Source of the DNA: an uncultured bacterium
Lineage (GTDB): Bacteria > Patescibacteriota > Minisyncoccia > UBA6257 > 2-01-FULL-56-20
NCBI GenBank assembly: GCA_963807165.1
Contig: CAWDZM010000001.1
Location: 641,471-705,470 of the forward strand
Direction: 5' to 3'
Length of the DNA stretch: 64,000 nucleotides
Below, piece by piece: positions 26,690 through 38,712 of this stretch. Below the pieces are notes generated by a model that worked only from the letters and a program-made list of their open reading frames with translations, had not been told where the DNA came from and did no database searches. Made by a program: the position numbers and the translations under genes. Position 1 is the first letter of the stretch; every line of letters starts with the position of its first letter.

Positions 26690-27448
26690 ATGCAACTCTC
26701 TAAAAAATCGCTTATCGTATTTGATCTCGATGGAACTCTTACCGAGAGCAAGGCGCCGCTCAAGCCCGATATGGCGCGGGCGCTCGCCGCGCTCCTTGCA
26801 CAGAAAAAAGTTGCCATTATCGGTGGCGGTAGCTATGAACAGTTCCAAAATCAGTTCGTGGGACACTTTTCGTGTGCCCCTGCGTTGTTTGAAAACCTTT
26901 TCCTTTTTCCGACCACATCGACTTCGTTCTATCGTTATCGCCACCGTGGATGGAAAAAAGTATATCGAAAAGTTTTGAGTGTGGCAGAAAAGAAAAAGAC
27001 TATGCGTACGTTCGCGAATGCATTTGCCGCTACCGGATATGTTCAGCCGAAAAAAGTGTGGGGCACCGTGATTGAGGATCGCGGGACACAGATCACGTTT
27101 TCTGCACTTGGGCAGAAAGCGCCCGTCAAAGCAAAGGCGATGTGGAATAAAAAAAATGATGTGCGGGCGGCGCTCATGAAGATCATGAAAAAAGAATTGC
27201 CTCAGTTTGAGGTTCGTAGTGGTGGACTTACCTCTATCGATGTCACAAAAAAAGGTATTGATAAGGCCTACGGCGTCCGCCAGATAGAAAAAGTATTAAA
27301 AATTCCTATAAAAAATATGGTGTTTATCGGCGATGCGCTCTATCCGGGCGGCAATGACGCGGCGGCGAAGAAAACCGGCGTGCAGACGATCGCGGTGAAG
27401 GGTCCGCGCGATACGATCGCGATCATTAAAAAAATATTAAAAAGCTGA
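26690..27448 (+). CDS. HAD-IIB family hydrolase (phosphomannomutase-like)
   Basis: FDLDGTL, IEDRGTQITFSALGQ, GGLTSIDVT..GIDK and FIGDALYPGGND. Confidence 0.9.
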   Translation: MQLSKKSLIVFDLDGTLTESKAPLKPDMARALAALLAQKKVAIIGGGSYEQFQNQFVGHFSCAPALFENLFLFPTTSTSFYRYRHRGWKKVYRKVLSVAEKKKTMRTFANAFAATGYVQPKKVWGTVIEDRGTQITFSALGQKAPVKAKAMWNKKNDVRAALMKIMKKELPQFEVRSGGLTSIDVTKKGIDKAYGVRQIEKVLKIPIKNMVFIGDALYPGGNDAAAKKTGVQTIAVKGPRDTIAIIKKILKS

Positions 27449-27501
27449 GCACGCCGCGAAAATCATTGACTGAGCCGCAGTAAAAGCGTATATTCTGGGT
27501 A

Positions 27502-27981
27502 ATGCCAGATACCTTTATCAGCTCACTAGGAATGAAATTGACGGTACCCGAAGTGGTGCAAGAGATCATCGCATTCATGGGGGCCGACCTTTTGTATAAA
27601 TATAGAGTGACGATCGGCACCGACTCCCAACTCCTCGCCAGTAAGAACGCCGATTTTGTGAACGCGGTCGTGGTGCATCGCATCGGCAATGGCGGCCGCT
27701 ACTTTTACCGCCGCTTCGAGCTGGGAAAATTCCACACATTGCGCGACCGGATGATCCGCGAGGCGATAATCTCGCTCGAGGTTGCGCAAGGCGTACTCGC
27801 CGAACTCAAGAAATTTCCACTTCCGGAATTCGAGTTTGAGATCCACGCGGACATCGGCATGAACGGCCCGACAAAGGCGGTGATCCAAGAGATCGTCGGT
27901 ATGATCCGCGCAAACAATTTTGAAGTGCGCATCAAGCCCGATAGCTACGCCGCCACGAATGTTGCGGACCGGCACGTTTAG
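27502..27981 (+). CDS. RNase H-like YkuK (DUF458) family protein
   Basis: IGTDSQ, HRIGNGG, EIHADIG and IKPDSYAATNVADRH. Confidence 0.9.
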   Translation: MPDTFISSLGMKLTVPEVVQEIIAFMGADLLYKYRVTIGTDSQLLASKNADFVNAVVVHRIGNGGRYFYRRFELGKFHTLRDRMIREAIISLEVAQGVLAELKKFPLPEFEFEIHADIGMNGPTKAVIQEIVGMIRANNFEVRIKPDSYAATNVADRHV

Positions 27982-27993
27982 TATTTACAAAAT

Positions 27994-28572
27994 ATGACAC
28001 TCGATACCCTCGTGTTCGACATCGAAACGCAGAACTTTTTTACCGACCCGGAAGTGGGGCGGGATAATTATGCTGCGCTCAAAATTTCCGTCGTTGCGGT
28101 CTACTCATATATAGAGGACCGGTATTTTTGCTATGAGGAGAACGAGATGGAGAAGCTCGCGGAATTGTTCAGCGACGCGCGGCGTATCGTCGGCTTTAGC
28201 ATGAACCGCTATGATATCCCCGTACTAAATAATTATTTTCAGCGGTTGCCGGGCGCGCCGAAACTGTGGGAGATGGAGCGCATCGATCTCTTGGAAGAGA
28301 TTGAGATGGCGACGGGGAGTCGCGTCAGTCTTGACCGGCTTGCGGGTGCGAATCTTGGCCTGCATAAGACCCATCCCAGTTCAGAGGCGGGGCAGTTATA
28401 TCGCGATGGCAAGATCGAAGAGCTCAAGGAATATTGCATGAACGATGTGAAGCTCACCAAGGATTTGTATGATCTCTATCGCAAGCAGAATTTTTTGATG
28501 GTGCCGAGTAAGAAGACGGGCGAGGTCATAAAGGTAATGTTCGCGAAGCCGGTAACGCCGGCGTTGTTATAA
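27994..28572 (+). CDS. RNase H-like DEDD exonuclease domain protein (YprB/RNase_H_2 type)
   Basis: FDIETQ, VGF...YDIPVL, SLD.LA and YCMNDV.LT. Confidence 0.85.
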   Translation: MTLDTLVFDIETQNFFTDPEVGRDNYAALKISVVAVYSYIEDRYFCYEENEMEKLAELFSDARRIVGFSMNRYDIPVLNNYFQRLPGAPKLWEMERIDLLEEIEMATGSRVSLDRLAGANLGLHKTHPSSEAGQLYRDGKIEELKEYCMNDVKLTKDLYDLYRKQNFLMVPSKKTGEVIKVMFAKPVTPALL

Positions 28573-29789
28573 TGATATTTATGCGCAGACTTTATTTTGA
28601 TCATGCGGCCTCGACGCCCGTCGACCCGCGTGTTCTTCGCGCGATGCATCCGTATTTTTTACGCGAGTTTGGGAACCCTGGCTCGCTGCATTCGTTCGGC
28701 CAGAAGGCGATCGCTGCGGTGGACGCATCGCGCGAAGAGATTGGAAAATTAATCGGCGCGAAACACTTCCGCGAGATTATTTTTACGAGCGGTGCGACGG
28801 AGGCGAACAATCTCGCGCTCCGCGGCGCGGTGGAGTTCTATAAGAAGCACCATTCGGATGGCGCCGCGGATCCTGTCACTGCCCGGCCGCGCATTATTAT
28901 TTCATCCATCGAGCACGAATCAATTTTAGAAACCGCTCGCGCGTTGGAGAAAGATGGCGTCGAGGTCATCATGTTGCCGGTCAACAAAGAGGGAGTCATT
29001 GATATCATCGCGTTGAAAAATGCACTGAACGAGCACACGGTCGTTGTTTCGATCATGCACGTGAACAATGAAGTGGGAACAATCCAACCGCTCCGCGAAA
29101 TAAAATTCATGATCGACGCATTTCGCAAGGGTGCGGCCTATCCACTTTTTCATACTGATGCCGCGCAATCGTTCGCATATTTATATTGTGATGTTGCGAT
29201 GCTTGGCGTGGATATGATGACGCTTTCCGCGCACAAGATGAATGGACCGAAAGGCGTCGGCGCACTCTATGTGCGGCGCGATGAAAAGATATTTTCAAAA
29301 AGCGGCGGTTTTCCGCTGACCGCGCAGGTAAACGGCGGCGGGCAGGAGTTTGGCATACGTTCAGGCACGGAGAATGTGCCGGGTATCGTGGGGTTCGCCC
29401 GCGCAGCAACGCTCGCCGCCGCCGCTCGCGGCAAGAACGCCACGCGCGTCACGGCGTTGCGTGACGAACTATGGAAGCGTATTAAAGCCGCCGTGCCAGG
29501 CGTGGAGATCAATGGTCCGATAGGGGATGCTAAGGCGCCTCATATTTTGAACATCTATTTCCCCAGCCACGACGCGCAGGACCTGCTTACGCGGTTCGAC
29601 CGCGCCGGCCTCGCTGTCTCATCCGGCTCTGCGTGCCGTTCTCGCGCGGCGGAATCATCGTACGTCATCGAAGCGCTCGGGTATAACAAATCGCGCGCCG
29701 GTTCGAGCATCAGATTCAGCTTAGGAAAAGACACTACAAAGGGAGAAGTAGCAGCAGCGGCGAAGATCGTGGGAAGGGTTTTACAATAG
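28572..29789 (+). CDS. iscS: cysteine desulfurase (IscS/NifS family)
   Basis: YFDHAASTP, FTSGATEANN, HTDAAQ, SAHKMNGPKGVG, RSGTENV and SSGSAC. Confidence 0.92.
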   Translation: MIFMRRLYFDHAASTPVDPRVLRAMHPYFLREFGNPGSLHSFGQKAIAAVDASREEIGKLIGAKHFREIIFTSGATEANNLALRGAVEFYKKHHSDGAADPVTARPRIIISSIEHESILETARALEKDGVEVIMLPVNKEGVIDIIALKNALNEHTVVVSIMHVNNEVGTIQPLREIKFMIDAFRKGAAYPLFHTDAAQSFAYLYCDVAMLGVDMMTLSAHKMNGPKGVGALYVRRDEKIFSKSGGFPLTAQVNGGGQEFGIRSGTENVPGIVGFARAATLAAAARGKNATRVTALRDELWKRIKAAVPGVEINGPIGDAKAPHILNIYFPSHDAQDLLTRFDRAGLAVSSGSACRSRAAESSYVIEALGYNKSRAGSSIRFSLGKDTTKGEVAAAAKIVGRVLQ

Positions 29790-29801
29790 TCTGTAACCTC
29801 A

Positions 29802-29850
29802 TTAGCAATCTCACCCTGAGATTGACAATAGCCGCTTCGGCGCCTACAAT
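29802..29850 (+). promoter_or_regulatory. CIRCE-like operator overlapping the clpB sigma70 promoter
   Basis: TTAGCAATC-N9-GATTGACAA, and TTGACA(29822)-17-TACAAT(29845). Confidence 0.7.
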
Positions 29851-29974
29851 TGATATATATCAGTGCTCTGCGCGGTATAATAAGTTAATAAGGTTTTAAT
29901 TTCTGTTTAAGAACTTTTTAATCTCCGGCAGCGTATAGTTATATCATCGTCGCCGACAAAATCAATAAAATCAC

Positions 29975-32629
29975 ATGCCAAACTTTCATCGTTTTACTAT
30001 AAAAGCACAAGAAGCCCTGCAGAATGCGCAAGAGATTGCCGCCAAAAAGAATCACGGCGAGTTGAAGTCGGTGCATTTGCTTGCTGCGCTTTTAGAGGAT
30101 GAACAATCGCTCGTCATTCCGGTGCTTGAGCGCTCCGGCGTGGATATCGAGCAGTTGGACGAGCAGATCGAGGTTGAACTCGATCGCATTCCGCCTATTG
30201 TGAGCAATGGTGCGCTCGGCCAGCTTTATCTTTCGCAGGAATTGATGAAGATACTTGATCAGGCGGCGAAGGTCGCTGCACAGCAAAAGGATGAGTTCGT
30301 CTCATGCGAGCATCTTCTGCTTGCACTGCTCGACGTGAACGGCGCCGCGAAATCCTTACTCGAAAAATTTGGCGTAAAGCGCGAGGCGGCGTTCCGCGTG
30401 CTCGCGCAGTTGCGGGGTTCCACGCGCGTGACGGATGAAACGCCGGAGAGTAAGTTCCAGGTACTCGAAAAATATGCCATCAATCTGAGCGATAAGGCCA
30501 AGGCGGGGGAGCTTGATCCGGTCATTGGGCGCGAAGAAGAGTTGCGCCGTCTGATGCAGGTGCTCTCGCGTCGCACCAAGAACAATCCGTGCCTTATCGG
30601 CGAGCCGGGCGTGGGAAAGACCGCAATAGTAGAGGGATTGGCACAGCGCATCGCTTCGGGCGACGTTCCGGAGCTGCTTAAAGGCAAGCAGGTGTTGATG
30701 CTCGATCTGGGCTCTCTCATCGCCGGAACAAAGTTCCGTGGCGAGTTTGAAGACCGCTTGAAGGCGTTTATGAAGGAGGTGAAGAACGCGCAGGGCCAGA
30801 TTATCCTATTTATAGATGAGATACACACGATCGTCGGCGCCGGCGCTGCGGAAGGCGCGATCGACGCGTCGAACCTGCTCAAACCCGCGCTCGCGCGTGG
30901 CGAACTCCACGCGATCGGCGCAACCACGATCCGCGAATATCAGAAGTATATAGAGAAGGATCCGGCGCTCGAGCGGCGCTTCCAACCGATTATAGTAGAG
31001 GAGCCGACGATCGAGGATTCGATTTCGATTTTGCGCGGGCTTAAGGAAAAATACGAGATCCATCATGGTATGCGCATCAGTGATGAGGCTATAGTGGAGG
31101 CCGTGAATCTTTCCGCGCGGTACATCACCGACCGCTTCTTGCCGGACAAGGCCGTGGACCTGATTGACGAGGCCGCCGCGGCGCGCCGGTTGGAGTCGGA
31201 GAGTTTGCCAAAGGAAATCGACCGCGCGCGCCGTGAGATCACGCGCTTGGAGATAGAAAAGCAGGCGCTTTCGCAGGAGGGGAAGAAAACCGCTACCACC
31301 GAGCGGATTAAAGAGATCAATAAGCAGCTCACGCTATTAAAAGAACAGAATGACGAGCTTTCGAGTAAGTGGCACTCGGAAAAGATAAAATTTGAGACTT
31401 TACACCAGCTTCGCCAGAAGGTGGATAACTTAAAGCGCGAGGCGGAGGTGGCGGAGCGGGAAGGCAACCTCGAGCGCGTGGCGCAGATCATGTACGGCGA
31501 ACAGCCGGCAGCCGAAAAGGATTTTGCGATATTCGAAAAGAAGAATTTTGGCGGCCCGGCGATAGCGAAAGGCAAGAAAGTAGCCGCCGGAAATGACCGC
31601 TTCCTTAAGGAATCTGTGGATAAAGAAGACGTCGCTGCGGTCGTGGCGTTATGGACCGGTATTCCGCTCAAGCGGATGCTTGAGACCGATACCGATAAGC
31701 TTATCCGTATCGAAGACGTTCTGCGCGAGCGCGTGATTGGGCAGGATGAGGCGATCGCCTCCGTTTCCTCGGCGTTGCGCCGTTCCCGTGCAGGGCTTTC
31801 GGATGAAAATCGCCCGATCGGATCGTTTATGTTCCTCGGACCGACGGGCGTCGGCAAGACCGAGCTCGCCCGGACGCTCGCGGAGTTTATGTTCAACGAC
31901 GAAAAGGCACTCGTGCGCGTGGATATGTCCGAATATATGGAGCGTCACGCGACGAGCCGTCTGATCGGTTCGCCTCCGGGCTATGTGGGCCACGAGGAAG
32001 GCGGACAGCTTACCGAGATTATCCGCCACCGGCCCTATAGCATCATTCTTTTTGATGAGATCGAAAAGGCACACCCCGAAGTGTTCAACCTGCTTTTGCA
32101 GGTGTTAGACAACGGCCGCCTTACCGACAGCAAGGGCAAAACGGTCAACTTTAAGAATTCGATCATTATCATGACGTCGAACGTCGGCAGTGAATATCTC
32201 AAAGCGATGTCGCGCATCGGGTTCAGCGCGGAGAGCGAGCAGGCGTCGGCCGAAGAAGGGGATTATCGCCAGAAAGTGATGGAAGCTCTCCGCGGCAGTT
32301 TCCGCCCGGAGTTTTTGAACCGCATCGACGACGTGGTCATCTTCAATCCGCTTCGCCGTCACGATATCGAGAAGATCGTGGATATTCAGATCAAGCTGAT
32401 CGAGAAGCGCCTTGCGGATCGCCGTATCAAGCTGGAGATCGAGAGCGCCGCGCGTGCGCACCTCACAAAAGAAGGCTTTAGCGCGGAGTACGGTGCCCGC
32501 CCCTTGAAGCGTTTGATGCAGAAGGTTATCCTTGATAAGTTGGCGGACAAGATCATCCGCGGCGAATTCAAAGATGGTGGAAAAGTTAAAGTCAATTTTA
32601 AGGCGAACGAGCTGGTCTTTACTTCTTAG
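29975..32629 (+). CDS. clpB: ATP-dependent chaperone ClpB
   Basis: Clp N repeats, GEPGVGKT, a long coiled-coil M domain, GPTGVGKT and YGARPLKR. Confidence 0.96.
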   Translation: MPNFHRFTIKAQEALQNAQEIAAKKNHGELKSVHLLAALLEDEQSLVIPVLERSGVDIEQLDEQIEVELDRIPPIVSNGALGQLYLSQELMKILDQAAKVAAQQKDEFVSCEHLLLALLDVNGAAKSLLEKFGVKREAAFRVLAQLRGSTRVTDETPESKFQVLEKYAINLSDKAKAGELDPVIGREEELRRLMQVLSRRTKNNPCLIGEPGVGKTAIVEGLAQRIASGDVPELLKGKQVLMLDLGSLIAGTKFRGEFEDRLKAFMKEVKNAQGQIILFIDEIHTIVGAGAAEGAIDASNLLKPALARGELHAIGATTIREYQKYIEKDPALERRFQPIIVEEPTIEDSISILRGLKEKYEIHHGMRISDEAIVEAVNLSARYITDRFLPDKAVDLIDEAAAARRLESESLPKEIDRARREITRLEIEKQALSQEGKKTATTERIKEINKQLTLLKEQNDELSSKWHSEKIKFETLHQLRQKVDNLKREAEVAEREGNLERVAQIMYGEQPAAEKDFAIFEKKNFGGPAIAKGKKVAAGNDRFLKESVDKEDVAAVVALWTGIPLKRMLETDTDKLIRIEDVLRERVIGQDEAIASVSSALRRSRAGLSDENRPIGSFMFLGPTGVGKTELARTLAEFMFNDEKALVRVDMSEYMERHATSRLIGSPPGYVGHEEGGQLTEIIRHRPYSIILFDEIEKAHPEVFNLLLQVLDNGRLTDSKGKTVNFKNSIIIMTSNVGSEYLKAMSRIGFSAESEQASAEEGDYRQKVMEALRGSFRPEFLNRIDDVVIFNPLRRHDIEKIVDIQIKLIEKRLADRRIKLEIESAARAHLTKEGFSAEYGARPLKRLMQKVILDKLADKIIRGEFKDGGKVKVNFKANELVFTS

Positions 32630-33308
32630 GGCAGTCATTTTTGGTGTCGCGTGGTGGGCACTGCCGTTCTGGCTGTTTCTCCTTATCGCGCTCTATCTCT
32701 ACTTTGTCCCAACAACGGGCGCCGGAAAAGTTTCGGTGCCCGTTGTTGTATTGCTTTTGATCACATTCCTTGAGCCTCAAAGTATCGTTGCCGCAGTCAT
32801 GTTCGCCGCGCTATTCTATTTTATTCTTCTCATCAAAGATTTGATCATCATCGATCGTCGCTCGGCGTATGAACTACTCATCCTTGCGCTATCATATTTT
32901 CTTTTGCGCGGTTTCTTCCTGAACGTCGGCGGCTCGCTCAGCTACTGGTCATTATTAGACAGCCTTATCGCCGCCGCCGCAGTGAGCGCGATGACAATGA
33001 GTTTTATTAGAAATTTTTCTCCCTCCACCGAGCAGGGAATGGCGGCACCACGAGAGGCGCGCTCCTTTGACCGTATGCTTGGCTGGCTGGTTTTCCTCTT
33101 GATGTGGCAACTGATCATTGTGGGGCTTTTTCTCCCACTTAACTTTCTTTACCAGTCGGCAGTCGTATTCCTTTTGGCAGTCATCCTCATCGATCTCATC
33201 CCGCAACACGTCTTCGGCGAACTTTCACGGATAAAAGCCCTCGCCACCGGAACGGTGCTTTTTGCGCTGATCGTCATTGTACTCGCCTCAGCCCGCTGGG
33301 TTATTTAA
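32574..33308 (+). CDS. multi-pass membrane protein
   Basis: About 8 hydrophobic segments. Overlaps the clpB 3' end. Confidence 0.75.
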   Translation: MVEKLKSILRRTSWSLLLRAVIFGVAWWALPFWLFLLIALYLYFVPTTGAGKVSVPVVVLLLITFLEPQSIVAAVMFAALFYFILLIKDLIIIDRRSAYELLILALSYFLLRGFFLNVGGSLSYWSLLDSLIAAAAVSAMTMSFIRNFSPSTEQGMAAPREARSFDRMLGWLVFLLMWQLIIVGLFLPLNFLYQSAVVFLLAVILIDLIPQHVFGELSRIKALATGTVLFALIVIVLASARWVI

Positions 33309-33363
33309 TATATTTTTAATGTGAGTGTGCTATGGTGGGGTTGTTGAAAAAAACAACCCTACT

Positions 33364-33888
33364 ATGGATCAAAATCTATCAAGACTCACAAAAATTGGGA
33401 ACTGGATCGCCACGTTACTTTTGGGTAATACGCGGGAGTTGATCGCGCGGATTGATGAACGGACCATTCTCATGCAGAAAGATTTAGAGGGTTTAAAAGG
33501 AGATCTTAAAGACGTGAGATCTAAGGTAGACGATATGTCCCCAAAGCTTGATATTCTTTGGAAAGACAAGCTCGCCTCTGCACATTCCCGGCGGAGGCTT
33601 AACGCGTATGGAGAAAAAGTTCTCAAAGAAAGCGGTATAAAAGAAATTATTGATGAAAAGAAAAAAGAGCTTTTTGGACTTATAAAAGCAAAAGAGGCAA
33701 AAAATATTTATGATGCAGAAGAAAATATCCTTTCCGTGGTCAAACGATTGCCGGAACAGTATCCCGATATTGTGAATAAATTGAAAACAGGAGCTTTCAA
33801 CACAGGGACCGATTTGGATACGGTCCTATATGCAGGTGGTATTTATTTGCGTGATCTTATATTACCCGACCTAGGATTTCCTTCATAA
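33364..33888 (+). CDS. hypothetical coiled-coil protein
   Basis: AT-rich 174-aa ORF. Confidence 0.65.
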   Translation: MDQNLSRLTKIGNWIATLLLGNTRELIARIDERTILMQKDLEGLKGDLKDVRSKVDDMSPKLDILWKDKLASAHSRRRLNAYGEKVLKESGIKEIIDEKKKELFGLIKAKEAKNIYDAEENILSVVKRLPEQYPDIVNKLKTGAFNTGTDLDTVLYAGGIYLRDLILPDLGFPS

Positions 33889-33928
33889 ACCTTGCAATTG
33901 CAGGATTGCAGGATTATAATCCCCGCAT

Positions 33929-34636
33929 ATGAAAGAGACCGGCAAAGAGCGTTTTGTCCTCACTAAGGCCTATGAGGTCGCTTACGCGCTGTTCCGTTTG
34001 GCGGCTCAATTGCAGGAAAAGGACTTTGCAGAACCGCTCCGGGCATCCGGCACGGCATTGCTTGCCGCCGCTGCGGCGGAGGATTACATCGCCGCCGAGC
34101 GTGCGATCCGCGTCATGGAATGTCTCGTCAAATTTGGGGGAGATGTGAACCTGATTGGGAGTCCGAATGTGGATGTGATGATGCGCGAGATCTACGCCCT
34201 GGACGTGGCTATCGCCGAACGCAAAACTGCGGTCAAAACCGACGAGGTGAACGTTGCCGAAATATTCTCCAAGCCGGAGATTGCCGAACCGACCCGTGTC
34301 GTTGAATCTGCACGCCCCGCGGAATCGGCAATGGAGCCGGAGCCGATGCGCATAGAAGATTTTAGTGTGCGACCACAAGCACAAGTGCAACGACAACCCC
34401 GCCAGCCTTCGAATGATTCGGCAATCCGGCAAAACACAATTCTTACGCGCATTCGGCAATCCGGCAATTGCAGGATGAAGGATATTCAAGAGTTATTTCC
34501 CGATACAAGCGAGCGGACTATTCGCTATGATCTGCAAACGTTAGTTGAACAGAACCGAATAGAGAGAATCGGCAACGCCGGACCATTGGTGTTCTACCGC
34601 GCGAGCATGGCGGAGCGGGGAATCGGCACCAAATAA
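33929..34636 (+). CDS. protein with a C-terminal DeoR-like winged HTH
   Basis: RQNTIL..I...GNC.MKDIQELFPDTSERTIRYDLQTLV...IERIG. Confidence 0.75.
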   Translation: MKETGKERFVLTKAYEVAYALFRLAAQLQEKDFAEPLRASGTALLAAAAAEDYIAAERAIRVMECLVKFGGDVNLIGSPNVDVMMREIYALDVAIAERKTAVKTDEVNVAEIFSKPEIAEPTRVVESARPAESAMEPEPMRIEDFSVRPQAQVQRQPRQPSNDSAIRQNTILTRIRQSGNCRMKDIQELFPDTSERTIRYDLQTLVEQNRIERIGNAGPLVFYRASMAERGIGTK

Positions 34637-35114
34637 AAGGAGGTAACCTTTCGCCTGGCGGCACGTTCTATTATGTGCCGTTAGACGAAAGGTTATGGAG
34701 GAGGATAAAATACTTTTCCACACCTTTTTCCCAAACGGCAGCGTAGTATATGCGGTACAATAGTAGAAAGGTTCGGTGTGAGGCTGAACCAAAGAATATA
34801 TTGAGCGGTCGTTATTTTTTTAGCGGCAGCAAAATCTATTTTATTCAGCCTCGCCACAAAGCGAGCTTTTTCTTTTATAGCGGTTCCCTTACAAAGATAT
34901 TAACCCCGTTTTCGTCGCTCTCTTCTATTTGATCGGTCGTCGCTTTCCCTCACGAGGCGGCCGCTCGAGCGAATAGAGTGAAGTGCCGGAAACGGTCCTG
35001 AAAAAATAGAAAATAAAAAAACGTGATTTGGTGCACGGAAAGGTCGACGGCTGAAAGGGTCCATAACGGATCAACAGGTCGATACCAATAATTAAAGAAA
35101 TAATATAAGTAAAA

Positions 35115-38100
35115 ATGAATAAAAATAAATTGGTTTCATCTGTTCTCGCTGTTGCCACTTTGGTGGTAATGGTCGGAACGCCTCTGGTGAACGCAAGCGC
35201 GCAGACCACGTCGAGCCTTCAGGCTCAGATCGCGGCATTGCTCGCCCAGATCCAGACCCTCCAGAGCCAATTGAATGCTTCTGGCACCACGACCACTTCG
35301 GTCGGCGCAAACACCTATAACTTTACCAGCGACCTCACCGTTGGTTCTACAGGTTCTGCGGTAATGGCACTCCAGCAGTTTTTGATTGGACAGGGAGATC
35401 TCGTTCTCGCTACGCCGACCCAGTACTTCGGTGCGCTTACCCAAGCTGCACTCGCAAAGTTCCAGGCCGCGCATGGCATCACTCCTTCTGTCGGTTACTT
35501 CGGTCCTAAGACGCGCGCTTTCGTTAACTCGATGAGCACGTCCACGACCACCACGACGACCACCACGACGGGCACGATTGCTCCGGTTGGTGCGCCGTTG
35601 TCTATCTCACTCGATGCGCAGACCCCGGGTTCCTCGAACGTAGCGGCTGGCGCGGTGAACACTCCGGTCTTGAAGCTTGACTTCACGGCTGGTGCAACGC
35701 CCGTCACCATCACGAACTTGGTGTTGACCCGTTCAGGTCTTTCGCAGGATTCCGACTTGGATAACGTCTACCTCTAGCAGTGCGCGGTACCAAGTTGGCA
35801 TCAAACCTCGGCTTCAACAATGGGGCGATCACCTTCTCGAATGGCGCAGGACTCTTTACGGTTCCGGCGAATTCCACGCAGGTCATCACCGTCACTGTTG
35901 ATGTCGATAATGGTGGAATTGGCAAAAACAATGTCACTGTTGCAGCGGATTCCGGCCATATCTTCCAGATTGGCTTGGCTTCCGCGAGCAATGTAACCGG
36001 CGGCACTTTCACGGGCAACTTCCCGTTGGAGAGCGCGCAGTTCACGATCGCATCCGTCACAAATTTGGCGACGACTTACCGTCTCCGGCCCTCAGACTTC
36101 TTCGACGACCGTGAATGCGGGCCAGTTGGATGATCTCGTTGGTCAGTTCACCGTTCAGGCCGGTAATAACCCGGTCAAGGTGACACAGTTAAACTTCACG
36201 AATGTCGGAAGCGTAACGCCAAGCTACCTCCAGAACGTCAAATTGATGGATGGCTCAACCCAGCTTGGTGCGACCATCACCTCTCTTGGCAGCAACAACA
36301 TTGCGACGTTCGACCTTTCTGGCGCGCCGCTCATGTTGACCTCCGGCCAGTCGGCGGTGTTGTCGCTCTATGCGGACATCACGGGTGGCGTAAATCGCAA
36401 CTTCCAGTTCTCTATCCAGCAGTCGTCTGACATTCAGGCGGAGGATACGACCTATGGGGTTGGCATTGGTGCGACCCTCCAGACAGGCCTTTCGTTCCCG
36501 ATTGATTTCTCCTGTGGTTACCATCAGTAATGGCGGCGTAGTGGCATCGAGGGATGCGAACACCCCGACCACCTACGCGGTGGCAGGGAATACCAATCAG
36601 GTGCTCGGCGATGTTTGATGTCTTGGCTTCCGGCGACAGCATCAAGTTCAATGAAATGGACTTCTGGCTACACGCTTGAACAATGGCGACACGATCAATA
36701 ACTTCCGCGTTGTTGATGACCAGGGTGCTCAGATCGGCACAACGGTCAATACGACCGCTGGTGCGACAGCAACAATGTTAACGGTATCGTTGCTGAAGGC
36801 AGCGGCAGTTTGAACTACATCATTCCGGCCAACACGACTCGTGTCTTGACGGTCTATGGTGATTTGCCTTCGAATGCTTCTGGAACGGTAACGTGTGACA
36901 TTCGGTGAACCGAGTGGCACTTTCGGCTCCAACAATGGTACTTCTGCGGAGAGCTACACGACCTATGCGAACGCGACGACGACGGCTGTTTCTGGAAACA
37001 CCCTCCAGATCTTGAACTCGAATACGAATCTTCTCATAAGCGAGAACTACGGTTTGGGTTCTCCGGTGTCTGCAGCGGCGGTGCGCCCAGCATGTAGAGA
37101 TTGGATCGTACACGCTTACGGCGGGACAGGTGAATGGTGTTAATTTGACGGGCGTTACCATCTCGGCAACGAGCACCCTTCCGGTTAACTACCTGACAAA
37201 CCTTGAGGTGTTCGATGGTTCTACCCAGATCGGCCAGACCTATTCTACGGTAGTCGCTGGAAATGCGCTATAACTTCAACACCAATTCCCCGATTGCGAT
37301 TCCGGCGAATGGCTCCGTCACGCTCGATGTTTACGCAAACATTAGCTCGAACGTAAGCGCTCAGACGGTATCTCGGCGACGACTTTGTCGGCGGTAAATG
37401 CTTCGACCCAGGCGGGTAATGCCGATAACGGTCCAGCTCGACGGCAGGCCAGAATCTTTCCTTCAACACGGGAGGTACGCTGAGTGGCTCGCTCTCGGCA
37501 GGTACGTCGCAGGCATCCTAGCTTGGCATGGGTATCACGGGCGTGAATGTCGCCCAGTACCAGTTCGTCGCTGACAATAACGGCAGCGAGACCCTGACGA
37601 AATTGGTGATTCTCGACAGCTACAACCACGGCGAACACCTCGACTGCTTGGCGCTCAAGCCTTCGGATCTCATCAACTATCGGTTGACGGATTCGGCAGG
37701 CAATGTGCTTAGCACGGCGAGTGAGGATCGAACGGTACGTTGACCTTCAACTTGACTGGCTTGCCATTCCTGTGAATGGAACGCAGTACGTGAATTTGGT
37801 GGCGGATACGAATTCATACCCGTATGCGACATCAGGCGGATACGCATGCGTATGATCTTGACGAGCTACCAGTACACCAACGCTACGCAGTCGAGACGAC
37901 GAGCACTCTGGCCAACGGCATGGGTAACCTCTTCACGGTTTACCAGACAACGCTTGGTGTGGCTGGTACTTCGGTTGGTCAACGCCCGAACAACATCTCC
38001 GGTGTTGAGCAACATCGTGGGTGAGTTCAACTTCACGGCTGGCAGTGGCAACATCGAACCCGAAAGTGTTGAACAAGGTTACCTTGTCGAACCGGTGGTT

Positions 38101-38501
38101 CGTTGATCCAGGCAAGCACGATCGCAGACCCTCGGCCTCTATGATGCCTCGGCTCCGTCGGTGCTCTTGGCTTCTTCAACAGCAACCTCAGACGATACAG
38201 CATGACGTTCACCTTTGCGAATCTGAACCGAACCAGTGGACAATTCCGTACAGCTCTACAAAGACATTACTCGTAGAAACGTTGTCTGTCGCCGACTGGC
38301 GGCGCTTTGGGCGGTTCGCTGACGAATGGCAACAGGTGGCAGTTATCAGGTGTTCTCACTGGTTAACAGTGGACTGATGGTCCGTCGTGGCACGGCGATG
38401 GTACGACGACGCTGGGTGCGAATACTTACGTTCGGCATTGGCTTAGCCCGTCTATCTCGATCGCCGGTTCCGAGCCGAACATCACTGACTTGTCCAACTA
38501 G
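35115..38501 (+). CDS. large S-layer-like surface protein with a peptidoglycan-binding domain (about 1100 aa, many indels)
   Basis: Signal peptide, LQAQIAALLAQIQ coil and PG-binding FTSDLTVGSTG..V..LQQFL...GYFGPKTRA. Thr/Ser/Asn-rich beta repeats continue across shifting frames to TAG at 38499-38501. Confidence 0.75.
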
Positions 38502-38544
38502 TCTGGTATCCCTCCGATCCGATCGCTTGTGACGATCGGATAGG

Positions 38545-38580
38545 AAAAACAAAACAGCCCTTCGGGGCTGTTTTGTTTTG
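38545..38580 (+). terminator. intrinsic terminator
   Basis: AAAACAAAACAGCCC-TTCG-GGGCTGTTTTGTTTT. Confidence 0.85.
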
Positions 38581-38712
38581 GGGAGGGGCGCATATTTTTA
38601 TCCGCACGGAGGGAATTTAAGATCTATTTAATGTCGCGAGGAGTATCGTGGGAGGGATGCAAGATTCCTCGCGATACAAAAAATTAATGATTATATCGAA
38701 GAATTTTTTCCT

